NCBI GenBank assembly: GCA_032718475.1
Contig: JAUCBJ010000701.1
Coordinates: 7,624 to 71,623, forward strand
Length of the DNA: 64,000 nt
Direction of reading: 5' to 3'
Origin: Nemertoderma westbladi
Lineage: Eukaryota > Animalia > Xenacoelomorpha
Under the pieces are notes generated by a model. That model worked only from the letters and a program-made list of their open reading frames with translations, did not search any database and had not been told where the DNA came from. The number at the start of each line of letters is the position of its first letter. Positions within the stretch are counted from its first letter, which is position 1. Position numbers and translations under genes: made by a program. Shown here piece after piece: positions 24,810-35,683 of this stretch.

Positions 24810-25430
24810 ATGTTGGGAACATATATGGTATCCATACTTATCCATACTTATATGGGACTATGGGAGATTTCAGCTAGATATTCTGATGCTATTGGTCTTA
24901 GGTATTATAATGGGTTTAACTTAACAGCATCAGAAGTAAATTCATTGTGGTATGAATGGAATTATGAAATTAGTAACGAAGGTGTCTTTTCAGAGCTAGA
25001 CACGAGCAATAAAGCTTTATCTAACCGACTTAAAGTAAAAATAAATGTACAAGAAAAAAAAGTAATTTTTACAGACAAGGAAAGCAAATATTTACAGTTA
25101 CATTATGATAAAGACATACCACATATAGAGTTTCTCAATGATATGATGGAAAAGGTTTCATCAACTGATATAGCAGACGGTTTCGCGATTTTATATCAAC
25201 CAACTTGGAAGTTTAAGGTTAATAAGTCATTTCCAGAAACAGTTTCATCCATATTTAATCCAAAGACATACATCGAAGAGACATCGAGTGATAGAAAGCG
25301 CAGATCTACGTCTCAAACATCTTCCAATCCCAACAATGATTCTATACCTACAAAGAAAAGAAAAGTTACAAAAGCAAGTGAAGAGGTAGCAGATTACAAT
25401 AAGGAACATATAAAAGCAGTATCAGATTGA
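24810..25430 (+). CDS. Polinton accessory ORF, N-terminus weakly PC4-like; basic NLS-like C-terminus
   Basis: 206-aa ORF upstream of pPolB containing I.TY.G...I..R.....G.....GFNLTASEVNSL, plus RKRR and KKRK. Confidence 0.45.
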   Translation: MLGTYMVSILIHTYMGLWEISARYSDAIGLRYYNGFNLTASEVNSLWYEWNYEISNEGVFSELDTSNKALSNRLKVKINVQEKKVIFTDKESKYLQLHYDKDIPHIEFLNDMMEKVSSTDIADGFAILYQPTWKFKVNKSFPETVSSIFNPKTYIEETSSDRKRRSTSQTSSNPNNDSIPTKKRKVTKASEEVADYNKEHIKAVSD

Positions 25431-25984
25431 TTTATTATTAACTAGAGACTTTTTTTTTCAGTTTCACACTGACTAGTAAAGGTAACTTTTTAACATAAAG
25501 CATAATTATTATAAAGTATTTGCATGTAAAGGTGACTTTATTGAGTAAATATTGGTGATAGTTTATATTTAATGTGAGCATGGGATTAGGTATAAAACAT
25601 TCGCATGTAAATGCATGAGTTTACCTGATATTATAATAAAACATTAGCATGTAAAACCTACTTTATCAATGAAAATTAAAAACGCATTATGCACATCTTG
25701 GTTTAGACTTGATTTTATTATAAAGAATTCAGTTGTAAAAGCAACTTTATTTATGATATTAGTTTCCAATGTAACTGTTATTTATGATTGGTTGGTATAA
25801 GTAGAAACTTGAAATATATATAAAGAGCTCAACTGATTCAATCGAGCTCATTCTGAAAATATTAAATTAATTAAAGTTTAGATATTATATCTTATTTGTG
25901 TTGAGTAGCTTATGAATTTTTTTTTTGATTATATATATAACAATATTCATATTAATTTTAAATTATTTTTAGGATAATAAAGAG

Positions 25985-28900
25985 ATGGATAAACAATTAA
26001 AATGTCCATTTTGTCCTCTTCAAATTTCTAAACGAAATTATTTAACTCACTTGAAATCACATTTTCAAGAATACAATTGTTTTAATTGTCAAGTGAAATG
26101 TTCACGTGAAGAAATTTGCAAACGACATGAATCAACTACGGGTTGTAAAGAAATGAAGTTTTGCGTGTATGAAAAAACTTCCCTACTTGTAATAAAGAGT
26201 ATTTATATGAGAATTATTTACGTCACGACTGTCACCAACGTTATTATCATGTTAGACCACCACGACGGAACCAAAACAATACTGTCGCATCTAGAAAAAG
26301 ACTGAAATCTGGTCAAGGTCCATCAATTTTTAGCCTCGAACGAGCCGCACATGATAACCGTTTAGAAATCTATGTTTACAATCTTCCGAATGATGAAGAT
26401 TTTCCTGATATTCATTCATCGATACTAAAAATTCTGCCTCATATTGAAAAGTTATTATTAGGAAAACTTAGCGAAATGAATGTACTTAGACCCTGGCTAG
26501 GTGTGAATATATTCATGTATCGATCACATTTTTCAGAGGGTGACCAAGAAGAAACTTTCTATTTTAGTTCTTCAGGTGGTGCAGTTAATACCGTAGATTC
26601 ACATGAAAGTTTCTATATTTGGTTTGAGTATGTACTAGAAAAATTAATGCAAAAAATGGCCATGTTTAACACTCGTGGCTCAGGGTGGCGCGTTGAATCT
26701 TTATTAAGAGTGGAAATTAAAGTAGCTGAATCCAAGTCTAAGTCACTGGAATATAAAGGTCATGGTTATATGGAGTTACCTAAGGCTCTATCGAGTAAAC
26801 GATGTGTTATAAATATACAAACGACTGATAATGACTGTTTCAAATGGGCTATTATAGCCACAAAGTTTAGCAGGAAAGTGAAGATAAACAAAAACCGTAC
26901 TTCGCAGTACACAGATTACATGAATCATTTTATTTTTGACAACGGGAACAAAGATTATCCAACAGAATGGCAGCTTGCAATTAAACTTTTTGAAAAACAG
27001 AATTCAGCATATATAATTAATTTATTACTCTACGACAACAATCGAGTATCTATATTAAGACAGGCACCATTTAGTAAAATCACTCCAGATAAAGAGTTAT
27101 TGAATATATTACTTGTAAAAAATAAGAATACGAGTAAACAATCACATTATGTTTGCATAACTAACTTGAATCGTTTGATGAATACAAGAGGTAAGCATAT
27201 TAGATGTAGGAAATGTTGTGAACGGTATTTGTCTCATTTCTATAGCAAGGATGTTCTAGAATTTCACCGTCTTGCTTGTTATCGAGGAAAAAGTCAAGTT
27301 GAGAAGCTACCATCTGAAAAAAGAACTCACATTAGCTTTAGAAATTTAGACAGAACATTACCAGCATTGTTTGTAATATATTTTGACATAGAATCTATTT
27401 TGGAGCCAGCCAGCAACAGTAAATTTATTCAGAATCATATTCCATGCGCTGTAAGTTATTTAGTTGTCCCTAGTAGCGAATTAATCAATCCACCAAAATT
27501 TTATTTGAAGACCTTTACAAAAACAATCGACAACAACTGTATTCAAGACTTTTTAGACTCTGTATATAATGACATCACCCAATTATATAAGTGGTCAGAA
27601 ACTCACACGAGAGAGAAGATGATACTTAATGATGTAGATAAGTTAAGTTTTTGGAAAGCTAAAACTTGCTTTTATTGCAATGTTTTATTTAAGGATAAGT
27701 CTGAGAAAAACAAACATCACTCACATATTACTGGTAACTATATAGCAGCCGCTTGTAACGCATGTAACCGCTCTTTATCGTTGAAACGACACATGTATAT
27801 ACTTACTGCACACAACTGCAATCACTACAATTTGCATTTTCTTTTACAAGTTGGGTTTACCAATAACAGATATTCTGATTGGGATATAAAGGTGATCCCT
27901 AAAAATTCTGAAAGGTATATTTCACTAAGTATACATATACCGGTGAAAGATCAAAAAACAATAATCGAGCTACGTGTCTTAGACACATATCAATTTTTAT
28001 CCTTTTCCCTAAGTACTTTAGTTGATTGTTCAACAAAGGATATAGACAGCGAGGATATAACATCAGTTCTACCAATTACTGAACAGCAAATGAAATATTT
28101 TTATCCGAATTTAAATAATGCAACAATTAAACGAAAAGGTATATTTCCCTACGAGTATCTGACAGATTTAAATAAATTCAATGATTCGAAATTACCATCA
28201 ATAGACAAATTTTATAGTAAATTAACACAAAATACCTGTACACCCGAGGAATATAGTTTTGCCAACGCATCATGGAGTCAGTTTGACTGTTCAAATCTCA
28301 AGGATTATCTTTTAGCATACTTAAAACTCGATGTTTGTCTCCTCGCTGATATATTTGAGAACTTTAGGAGAGTATGTAGACAACACTATGAATTAGAAGT
28401 AGTTTATTATTGCAGTATCGCAGCTTTCACTTATGATTGCACCCTGAAATACAATAAATGTAAGTTAGCATTAATAAAAGATTACCAAACATATAGAGAT
28501 TTTGAAGCATCTATTAGAGGAGGGATTTCATTCTGTCGAAAGCATTACATAGAATCAAATATACCAGATACTGATAATTATGATCCAAGCAAGGAAGAGT
28601 GTCATATTTTCAATATAGATTTTAATTCCTTGTATTCGGGTAATTTAAGTAAAAAGCTACCTGTTTCAGGTTTTGAACAACTCAACGTTACATATTTAGA
28701 GAATGCTGCTCCAGAAGAACTAATAAACTATTTAACAAATCTTGATACTGAAGGAGATATTGGGTTTTTCTTAATTTGCGATTTGAAATATCCCAAAGAT
28801 ATTCATGATCGTACATTAGAACTACCCTTAGCCCCAGAACATTTAAGTATAAATGAGACAATGCTTTCACCATATATGAAAGATCAATTTAATAATGTAT

Positions 28901-29925
28901 GTAAACAAAGAGGTACTAATAGTAAGTATAAGATGTGTGCACCATAACTTATGTTGACACAATTCGATAAAGAATTCTATCATGTAAATTTAAAACTGTT
29001 AAAATTTTATATAAAACAAGGTTTAATTGTTACTAAGCTCCATAAATTGTATTCTTTCCATCAAGACTTTGTATTTAAACCCTATATAGATTTTAATATT
29101 AATCAAAGACGACTAGCAAAAAGTTACATTGAAACAGCTGTCGCAAAGCTGCTTAATAACTCTTTATTCGGTAAGTCAATAGAGAGGATACGAGATCGCT
29201 GTAATTTCCGTATCGCGAATACCAAAGTAAAATGTGATCAATTGGTGAAACGTATAAATCACGAAAATTTCATGATTTATAACAATTCCTTATTGGGACA
29301 CTTATTAGTGAAAGACAGCGTGACACTAGATAAACCAGTCTATGTAGGTAGTACTGTCTTGGATTTAGCGAAACTTGATATGTATGAGCTGTACTACGAT
29401 AAATTACTACATATTGAGAAAGAATTAAACTGCCGAATTGAAATTGTAGCATCAGATACAGACTCATTAATAGGTTGTTATTATAATACATCGCAGAGTA
29501 ATTTCTTAAAAGCATTAATTAAAAATAATATTTTAGATACCTCTAATTACCCCAAGGATCACCCTCTCTACAGCGATAAAAATAAATCCAGACTCTATTA
29601 CTGTAAAGACGAGTTGTGCTCACGAGAGATTAAACAAGCAGTATTTTTACGTCCAAAGTTATATTCAATTTTGGAATGGAATAACAAAAATGTTCGTAGA
29701 GCGAAAGGAATAACAAGAGCTGTTGTGGATAAAAAAATTTGCCACGAAGATTATTTAAGAGCATATAAGGATAACGAAGAAATTTCCAAGGAAACGCATC
29801 AATTTCAGAGTCAATTACACAAAGTGTACACTGTAGCACGAGATAAGTTTGTTCTCAGCGCATTTGTCGATAAACTTTATTGGGTTAATAAAAATCATTC
29901 ACTTCCCTGGGGTCACTATCAAACA
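25985..29925 (+). pseudogene. Protein-primed family B DNA polymerase (pPolB), disrupted
   Basis: N-terminal zinc fingers; Exo motifs YFDIES, AHN, YLKLDV; EndoVII-like HH..TG....AC..CN insert; KGIFPYEY; IDFNSLY; KLLNNSLFGK; SDTDS; AKG; LPWGHY. Frameshift before ~26305 and TAA at 28945-28947. Confidence 0.95.
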
Positions 29926-29979
29926 AAGGTTGTAAAACCAATTAAAAAAAAAATATACCTATTTATCGGGAGCCAAACA

Positions 29980-30522
29980 ATGAACTATCAGATAGTTAAT
30001 AAGAATGTAAGTTGCCAGCAAGTGTCAGCGATTAATTTGAAAGAATTAAAAAATCAATTATCTGGCAAACACATACTCAAACCAAATCAGTTTATATATA
30101 AGATATTTGGTGCCATATTATTAATATTTAAAAATGGTCGTATTACATTATTAGGTAGTAAGTATAATTTCCAAAAAGTAAAAAAGCATGTATTTGATAA
30201 AACAAGTATTAATTTGATTTTAAAATCTATTAATTTATGTACTTATATTTTTAGAGTCTATAGGTTATTGATAAACAATACCGGGTTTTATGTTGTCTTT
30301 GATAATGTACAACTTCAAGTTATATATGAACCTGAAATTTTTAATAATTGCAAAATAAGAATAAATAATACCGTAGTCATTTGCTGCTTTCATACCGGTA
30401 AATGTACTTTAATGTGTTCACCTAGCAAATTTCACATTTATTACCCTATATTTAGTAAACTGGTTAATTATTTATTAATGTTTGGTGTTGTGACTTTAGG
30501 TGTAGAATATATTGGTAATTAG
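29980..30522 (+). CDS. TATA-binding protein (TBP)-like protein, in frame with the pPolB C-terminus
   Basis: 180 aa with two TBP half-repeats: IVN..VSC...INL..L, LLIFKNGRITLLGSK, YEPEIF, CFHTGKCTLM. Confidence 0.8.
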   Translation: MNYQIVNKNVSCQQVSAINLKELKNQLSGKHILKPNQFIYKIFGAILLIFKNGRITLLGSKYNFQKVKKHVFDKTSINLILKSINLCTYIFRVYRLLINNTGFYVVFDNVQLQVIYEPEIFNNCKIRINNTVVICCFHTGKCTLMCSPSKFHIYYPIFSKLVNYLLMFGVVTLGVEYIGN

Positions 30523-30662
30523 AAGGTGAAAATTAAACATTATTATTTTTCAATCGATCTATCGGTAGTTAGGGAAAACTAACCTCGTTTGAATAAGCAT
30601 GACTCTCACAGGCTGACTGCGTGCCTAGCTGACAGTAGCTGCGAGGCTGACTGCGTGACTAT

Positions 30663-31562
30663 CTGCGAGGTTGACTGCATCCCAGCAGCGTGGGTGACTG
30701 CGCACATATCTGATTGTAACTGGCTCACGATATTGTATACATTGGCTTAGTTTGTTACTGCAGGTACTGTTACATTAATACTGTAGTACCAGTACTGCAG
30801 TACAATGCTAATAGAAGGAAATCAGTATGCTCTATCTGACTATACTGTTACAACAACAGTGAAAGTACTGCAGTACTGTATTGTTTGGGTAGGTGATCTA
30901 ATCCCTGTATGTGAGACCCATGCGTGCAATCCAGGTCATGACTGCAGTATGCTAATCAAGGTTCGGGTAGACTGCAGTATCCTTATAGGTGAAAAAAAAC
31001 AAATGCTATTGCATCAGATTACTGCTGTACTGATACCGGTAGACCGCGACTACAGTGTTGGAAGAGTAAAACACTACCGGTACTGATAAAGTGGATGACA
31101 GTTGTGGATAGGGGCTGCGAGGTTGACTGCATCCCTGCAGGGTGGCTGACTGCACACACATCTGATTGTAACTGGCTCACGATATTGTATACATTGGCTT
31201 AGTTTGTTACTGCAGGTACTGTTACATTAATACTGTAGTACCGGTACTGCAGAACAATGCTAATAGAAGGAAATCAGTATGCTCTATCTGACTATACTGT
31301 TACAACAACAGTGAAAGTACTGCAGTACTGTATTGTTTGGCTAGGTGATCTAATCCCTACATGTGAGACCTATGCGTGCAATCCAGGTCATGACTGCAGT
31401 ATGCTAATCAAGGTTCGGGTAGACTGCAGTATCCTTATAGGTGAAAAAAAACAAATACTATTGCATCAGATTAATGCTGTACTGATACCGGTAGACCGCG
31501 ACTACAGTGTTGGAAGAGTAAAACACTACCGGTACTGATAAAGTGGATGACAGTTGTGGATA
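30663..31562. repeat. 452-bp tandem duplication in the Polinton convergent intergenic region
   Basis: Two near-identical units starting at 30663 and 31115. Confidence 0.9.
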
Positions 31563-32056
31563 AGCCTATAATAAATTATTGAATTTAACAGTACCGGTAC
31601 CAACAGGTTAACATTACATCATATACAGATTATGTTGCATTTCTGACTAATATTACTAAAGTTATATCACTAGTCAACTACTGTATGTGTTATTAGTTTG
31701 CGATGTATAGGATGTTTCGCAATACCATTACAACTATATTAGAATGATATCGAGAATACTTACTGTACATGTTACGTCTATATCATATTGTTAAATGTGT
31801 ATGGTTTACCTAGCGCAATTGATTCTTTTTTAGAGAACTTGTTGTAAAAAAAATTATATTTTATTATATTTTTATATTAACATCAAGATCATCACCAAAA
31901 TAAAATTATATTATATCCCATCACATTAGAAGCTTAGAGTAAACCTACTGTACATCATTCACCGCAGTTATTTCTTTCTGTTTATCACCTGTCTCAGTTA
32001 ATCGCTTCATTACATACCCTCCAATCCTTTTCGCTGAGCAGTAATTCAAGCAGCTA

Positions 32057-32512
32057 TCACCATCGAAAACTACATTTATCTTCTACAGTAGTTAATTTAT
32101 CGTGGAAGGGGCATGGAGTTAAATAATTGTAATATAGTCGAAATATTCCCAATTTGTTCATCGATTTTGGAGCGTAAACATCAAGTTGGGTATTTAATAT
32201 TGCGGCTTTCATCAACCCGAATACATATATATTATATTTATTTTTTAATTGTCTCTTCATGTACTTTTTAAAGTCATCTTGCGAAATGTCACCGTAATCC
32301 CAAGGTAAATGCGATGTAATATTGCGTAAATTGTTTACGTGGGCTTCATCTAATGCCGATAAGTTAATATCAGGAGGTCCTTTAATTAAAAACGTCTTTA
32401 TATTAGTTTTACTGTATTTAGAATCGAATATAGCAAATTCTTTAAATACTACCGGATATTCCTTATTGTCTATCTTATAATATTGAAAATCAACAAAAAT
32501 AATATTATCCAT
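32057..32512 (-). CDS. Polinton accessory protein, DEDD/RNase H-fold exonuclease-like
   Basis: IFVDFQ...VFKEFAI...FLIK.P...LPWDYGD...IYVFG..K, plus a C-terminal CPFH. Confidence 0.6.
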   Translation of the reverse strand: MDNIIFVDFQYYKIDNKEYPVVFKEFAIFDSKYSKTNIKTFLIKGPPDINLSALDEAHVNNLRNITSHLPWDYGDISQDDFKKYMKRQLKNKYNIYVFGLMKAAILNTQLDVYAPKSMNKLGIFRLYYNYLTPCPFHDKLTTVEDKCSFRW

Positions 32513-32556
32513 TTTATCGAATAATATATTTAGATAAACAAAAGTTAAATGATTAA

Positions 32557-33012
32557 TTACAACGCAAGTTGGTTTATTTTATAATAATTAACAAGCCATT
32601 TATATAATATTATTTCATTTATTTCCAAATTATTTGTAAACGCTGTTATTGGATAGTTTGTGTGAATTCGATTTACCAAGTAATAAAGACAGTATAACCC
32701 GCATGTGGTCCTTCTAGGGTCTTGAAATTGCCTGCGAGTAGTACACCACCTTGCTGCTGAATTTTTCTCAAGCCATTTTTCAATACATCTGTTTGGATAT
32801 TTTGGACCAAACGAATTAAATAATTCAGCTTCATTATCTCGTATATATATAGCCACCCAATGAACACCTGGTAGATGCGCTTTATCGGTATTTACTATTA
32901 ACCCATAGTCTCTTCGCTTATTATTATCTAATTTAGGTAATTTATTAGATGGAAACGCCCCCAAATAGTGACCACCCACTGGAAACATATCAAGGTCCTC
33001 TGTAGATAACAT
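32557..33012 (-). CDS. Adenain-like (Ulp1/C5) cysteine maturation protease
   Basis: LIVNTD...PGVHWVAI, FNSFG, Q.....TCGLYCLYYL. Confidence 0.93.
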   Translation of the reverse strand: MLSTEDLDMFPVGGHYLGAFPSNKLPKLDNNKRRDYGLIVNTDKAHLPGVHWVAIYIRDNEAELFNSFGPKYPNRCIEKWLEKNSAARWCTTRRQFQDPRRTTCGLYCLYYLVNRIHTNYPITAFTNNLEINEIILYKWLVNYYKINQLAL

Positions 33013-33014
33013 AC

Positions 33015-34274
33015 TTAATCGATATGTATTTCTTTCCTGCTATTTAAACTTAATGATTGATCATAAATATTAAAAACGATTACATTTATGGTCTCAACCA
33101 ACGGTTTGGCAAATCTTAATTTTAATTGTCCGTTAGTATATATTGATGGTTGGGGATCCCTAACATAACCGTCGGCAGTTAGGTCTCAGGATATGAGTGG
33201 GCAATTACCTAAGTAGGTTTCATGGTCTATATTATTACCTCCATAACCGTTAATATATGTATTAATGTTCTTCATTAATTGAGTATACTCAAAAATAAAT
33301 GTTCCATCTGTAAAATTAGGCTCGTATATTACACCACCTACTGGAAGACTGTCTACAATCAGCTCCGCGCGTTTAAGGTTAAAATGTTCAAATTTCAATG
33401 GGTTACTAGTTAATTCTCCCGAATATGAATTATTTGTTATAAAACCGATAATAACTAATTTGGGTTTTTTACCATCAAATATGTTTGTTTGGGTGTAATT
33501 TGTGGTTTGAGCGGGAATAGTAAATGTAGTAACCTCTTTTTTTTGAAATTGATATTCAATATTGTAGCTCTCTAAACCTTTTAGATGGCTGCTTTCTATT
33601 ACTGGATTAACCTCCATTCTAGGGATTAGGATCTTTACTTCATCTAATTCTAGCCGAAGATTTGTCACAGCGTTTGCGTTTGGAGTGATTTTAAAAATAA
33701 ACGAATTTGATACTTTTCTAAAATGCATTCTTAAATCATACCCCGGTTGTATTATTTTACTTTCAGTATCAAAATCTATCATCAATCCACTTACAAATTG
33801 CATTTGTTTACTAAAGGCATCGCCAATAGGATGCGCACCGGGATTAATTTCATTTCCGTGTTCGGATAAAGGCTGACGAAAGCCGCCTGCCCCCAGTAGC
33901 CCATTTTTTGTTTCGTATGTTGTAAATAGTAAATTGGATAAGTACGACTTGTAGAAATAATGGTTATTGCTATTTTCAACCTGCTTCTCATTAAGGTCTA
34001 TTTTAATATCACTCCACATAGTTCCAGAAGGGTAATTCAACATATAAATATGTGAGTTTTCAAGTCGTCTATCCTACTGTACAGTACATTTTGTAATTAA
34101 TAACGCATCTTGCAGTTTCGTATAGAATTCATTGGATCTCGGTACAAGAAACGTGACTTCCCTAGACTCGCTTCTGAGATTAGATACTGGGTAAATTGTT
34201 TCATAATGCTTTGCTTTAAATTCAGTCTGCATTGGCTGTGTAGAAAATAAATCTAATTCCTTAATAATTGACAT
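33015..34274 (-). pseudogene. Polinton major capsid protein (double jelly-roll/hexon), disrupted
   Basis: ELDLF..QP.QT, LNEKQV...Y.YKSY...LL, PK.VIIGF..N..YSG...NP..FEHFNL; C-terminus DLT.DG...LRFAKPL in another frame ending at TAA 33015. Confidence 0.85.
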
Positions 34275-34276
34275 TA

Positions 34277-34840
34277 TTAAAAAATACTTTTTTCGCAGTG
34301 TTTCAGTTTGCCTTTTTTTATTTTTCTATTTTTACTATGACGATGATGTATGTTCATAGACATTGGTCTAGTCGGTCGCTTTAAATCTCTATAAACTTTT
34401 TCTACAACTGATCTTGTTGATGGTTTCATTTTATTTAATGCTTTATTAATAACCGTATTAGCCTGCTGATGTAAGACCCGCTTACCTTTTGGTATTACGT
34501 ATTGTCTCATAAATTTTGTGGTAAATGGTAAAGCTTTTTGTAAAACGTTTTTTGCTAATGGCTTTCCAAATTTTTTCAATGTAGATAAAGCGTCTGTAAA
34601 TATACCTTCTCCGTGTTGATTTGTCCGCATACCTCTGCGATAACGTTGAAATCGACGTTGTTTTAAGTTTGGACCAAATGCACCAATTTGTTGACCGTAA
34701 GGGTCAATATATGATCCACCTCGAAAAACAGGAACTTGCGTCGAGCCTCTCGTACTTCTACCACCTTTAAAAACAGCAAGATTAGAGTCTGCACCGCCAT
34801 ATTGAGGTTTACTGTATCTTTGAAATAAATCGGAATCCAT
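34277..34840 (-). CDS. Basic core/membrane-active virion protein with adenain-type Gly cleavage motifs
   Basis: QYGG, PVFRGG, QHGEG followed by amphipathic IFTDALSTLKKFGKPLAKNVL; Arg/Lys-rich; lies between penton and hexon. Confidence 0.65.
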   Translation of the reverse strand: MDSDLFQRYSKPQYGGADSNLAVFKGGRSTRGSTQVPVFRGGSYIDPYGQQIGAFGPNLKQRRFQRYRRGMRTNQHGEGIFTDALSTLKKFGKPLAKNVLQKALPFTTKFMRQYVIPKGKRVLHQQANTVINKALNKMKPSTRSVVEKVYRDLKRPTRPMSMNIHHRHSKNRKIKKGKLKHCEKSIF

Positions 34841-34844
34841 TTTA

Positions 34845-35683
34845 ATTTATTTTTTTAAAGTGTAAGGTAATAGAAGTTGTACCGTATTCAAAATTCAAAT
34901 CTTTTCCTTCTTTGTCTGTTATTTCAATATGAATGTATGTTATCTTATATGATTTTTTTTACAGGGATATAATGAATTGTATCCTTGGCAAATTCTTTAT
35001 TTATTACACTACCATATTTCACGTCATCAGGTATCGCCACGCGACGAAGTAAAGCTAAACCAAAATCATTAATATATTCATTCAATCATTAATATATTCA
35101 TCGACTTAGGTTCTGGAATAGAATTGGGTGGTTGAGGACATAAAAATACCCTCTGGTAAGCTTTTTCTTCATTTCCGATAATCTTTATTAAATAACCCTT
35201 TATATTATTTTTCGTCTTCAAAATAATTTTAAAATTTGGATTTAAATTCGCACCGAGATTATTTTCAGTAATTCCAAAATAATAGGCTAATTGTTGACCT
35301 ATAAATAACTCTCGTACAGTTTTCCCTAAAATAAATTGCAACCTATTTTGCTGAGTATTTTCAACTATTTGTAATTTATCTTTCAACGCCCCAGTATTAA
35401 AATAATCTATAATGTCATTAATACTGTAGAACAAACCGGATGGAAGTGTATCCTCAAAATTTTTTTTCCCTTTTTTTAATAAAATAACATTCTCTACATT
35501 GTTATACATGGATGTTAACGTGGCTAAGTAAAATATACTTTTTATACCTACCACCCAGTTTTCGTTTGGATTTATAGGTAAGGCACCATGGAAATTGATC
35601 TGATAATTACTACCGGTATTACGGGGAAAATCAATTGGACACGAGTTACTTGGTAGCCTAACATAGAATTCATCCATCTCCAC
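34845..35683 (-). pseudogene. Minor capsid protein (penton) paralog 2, frameshifted
   Basis: FYVRLPSNS...FP.N..S.Y...W.VG; C-terminus ALLRRV...HYIPV...IHIEITD..G..L.F..G...ITLHFK in shifted frames. Confidence 0.8.

Noticed and set aside
30805-31538. Duplicated 93-aa ORFs
   Set aside because: They lie in a palindrome-rich duplication and show no protein motifs; identity is explained by recent duplication.
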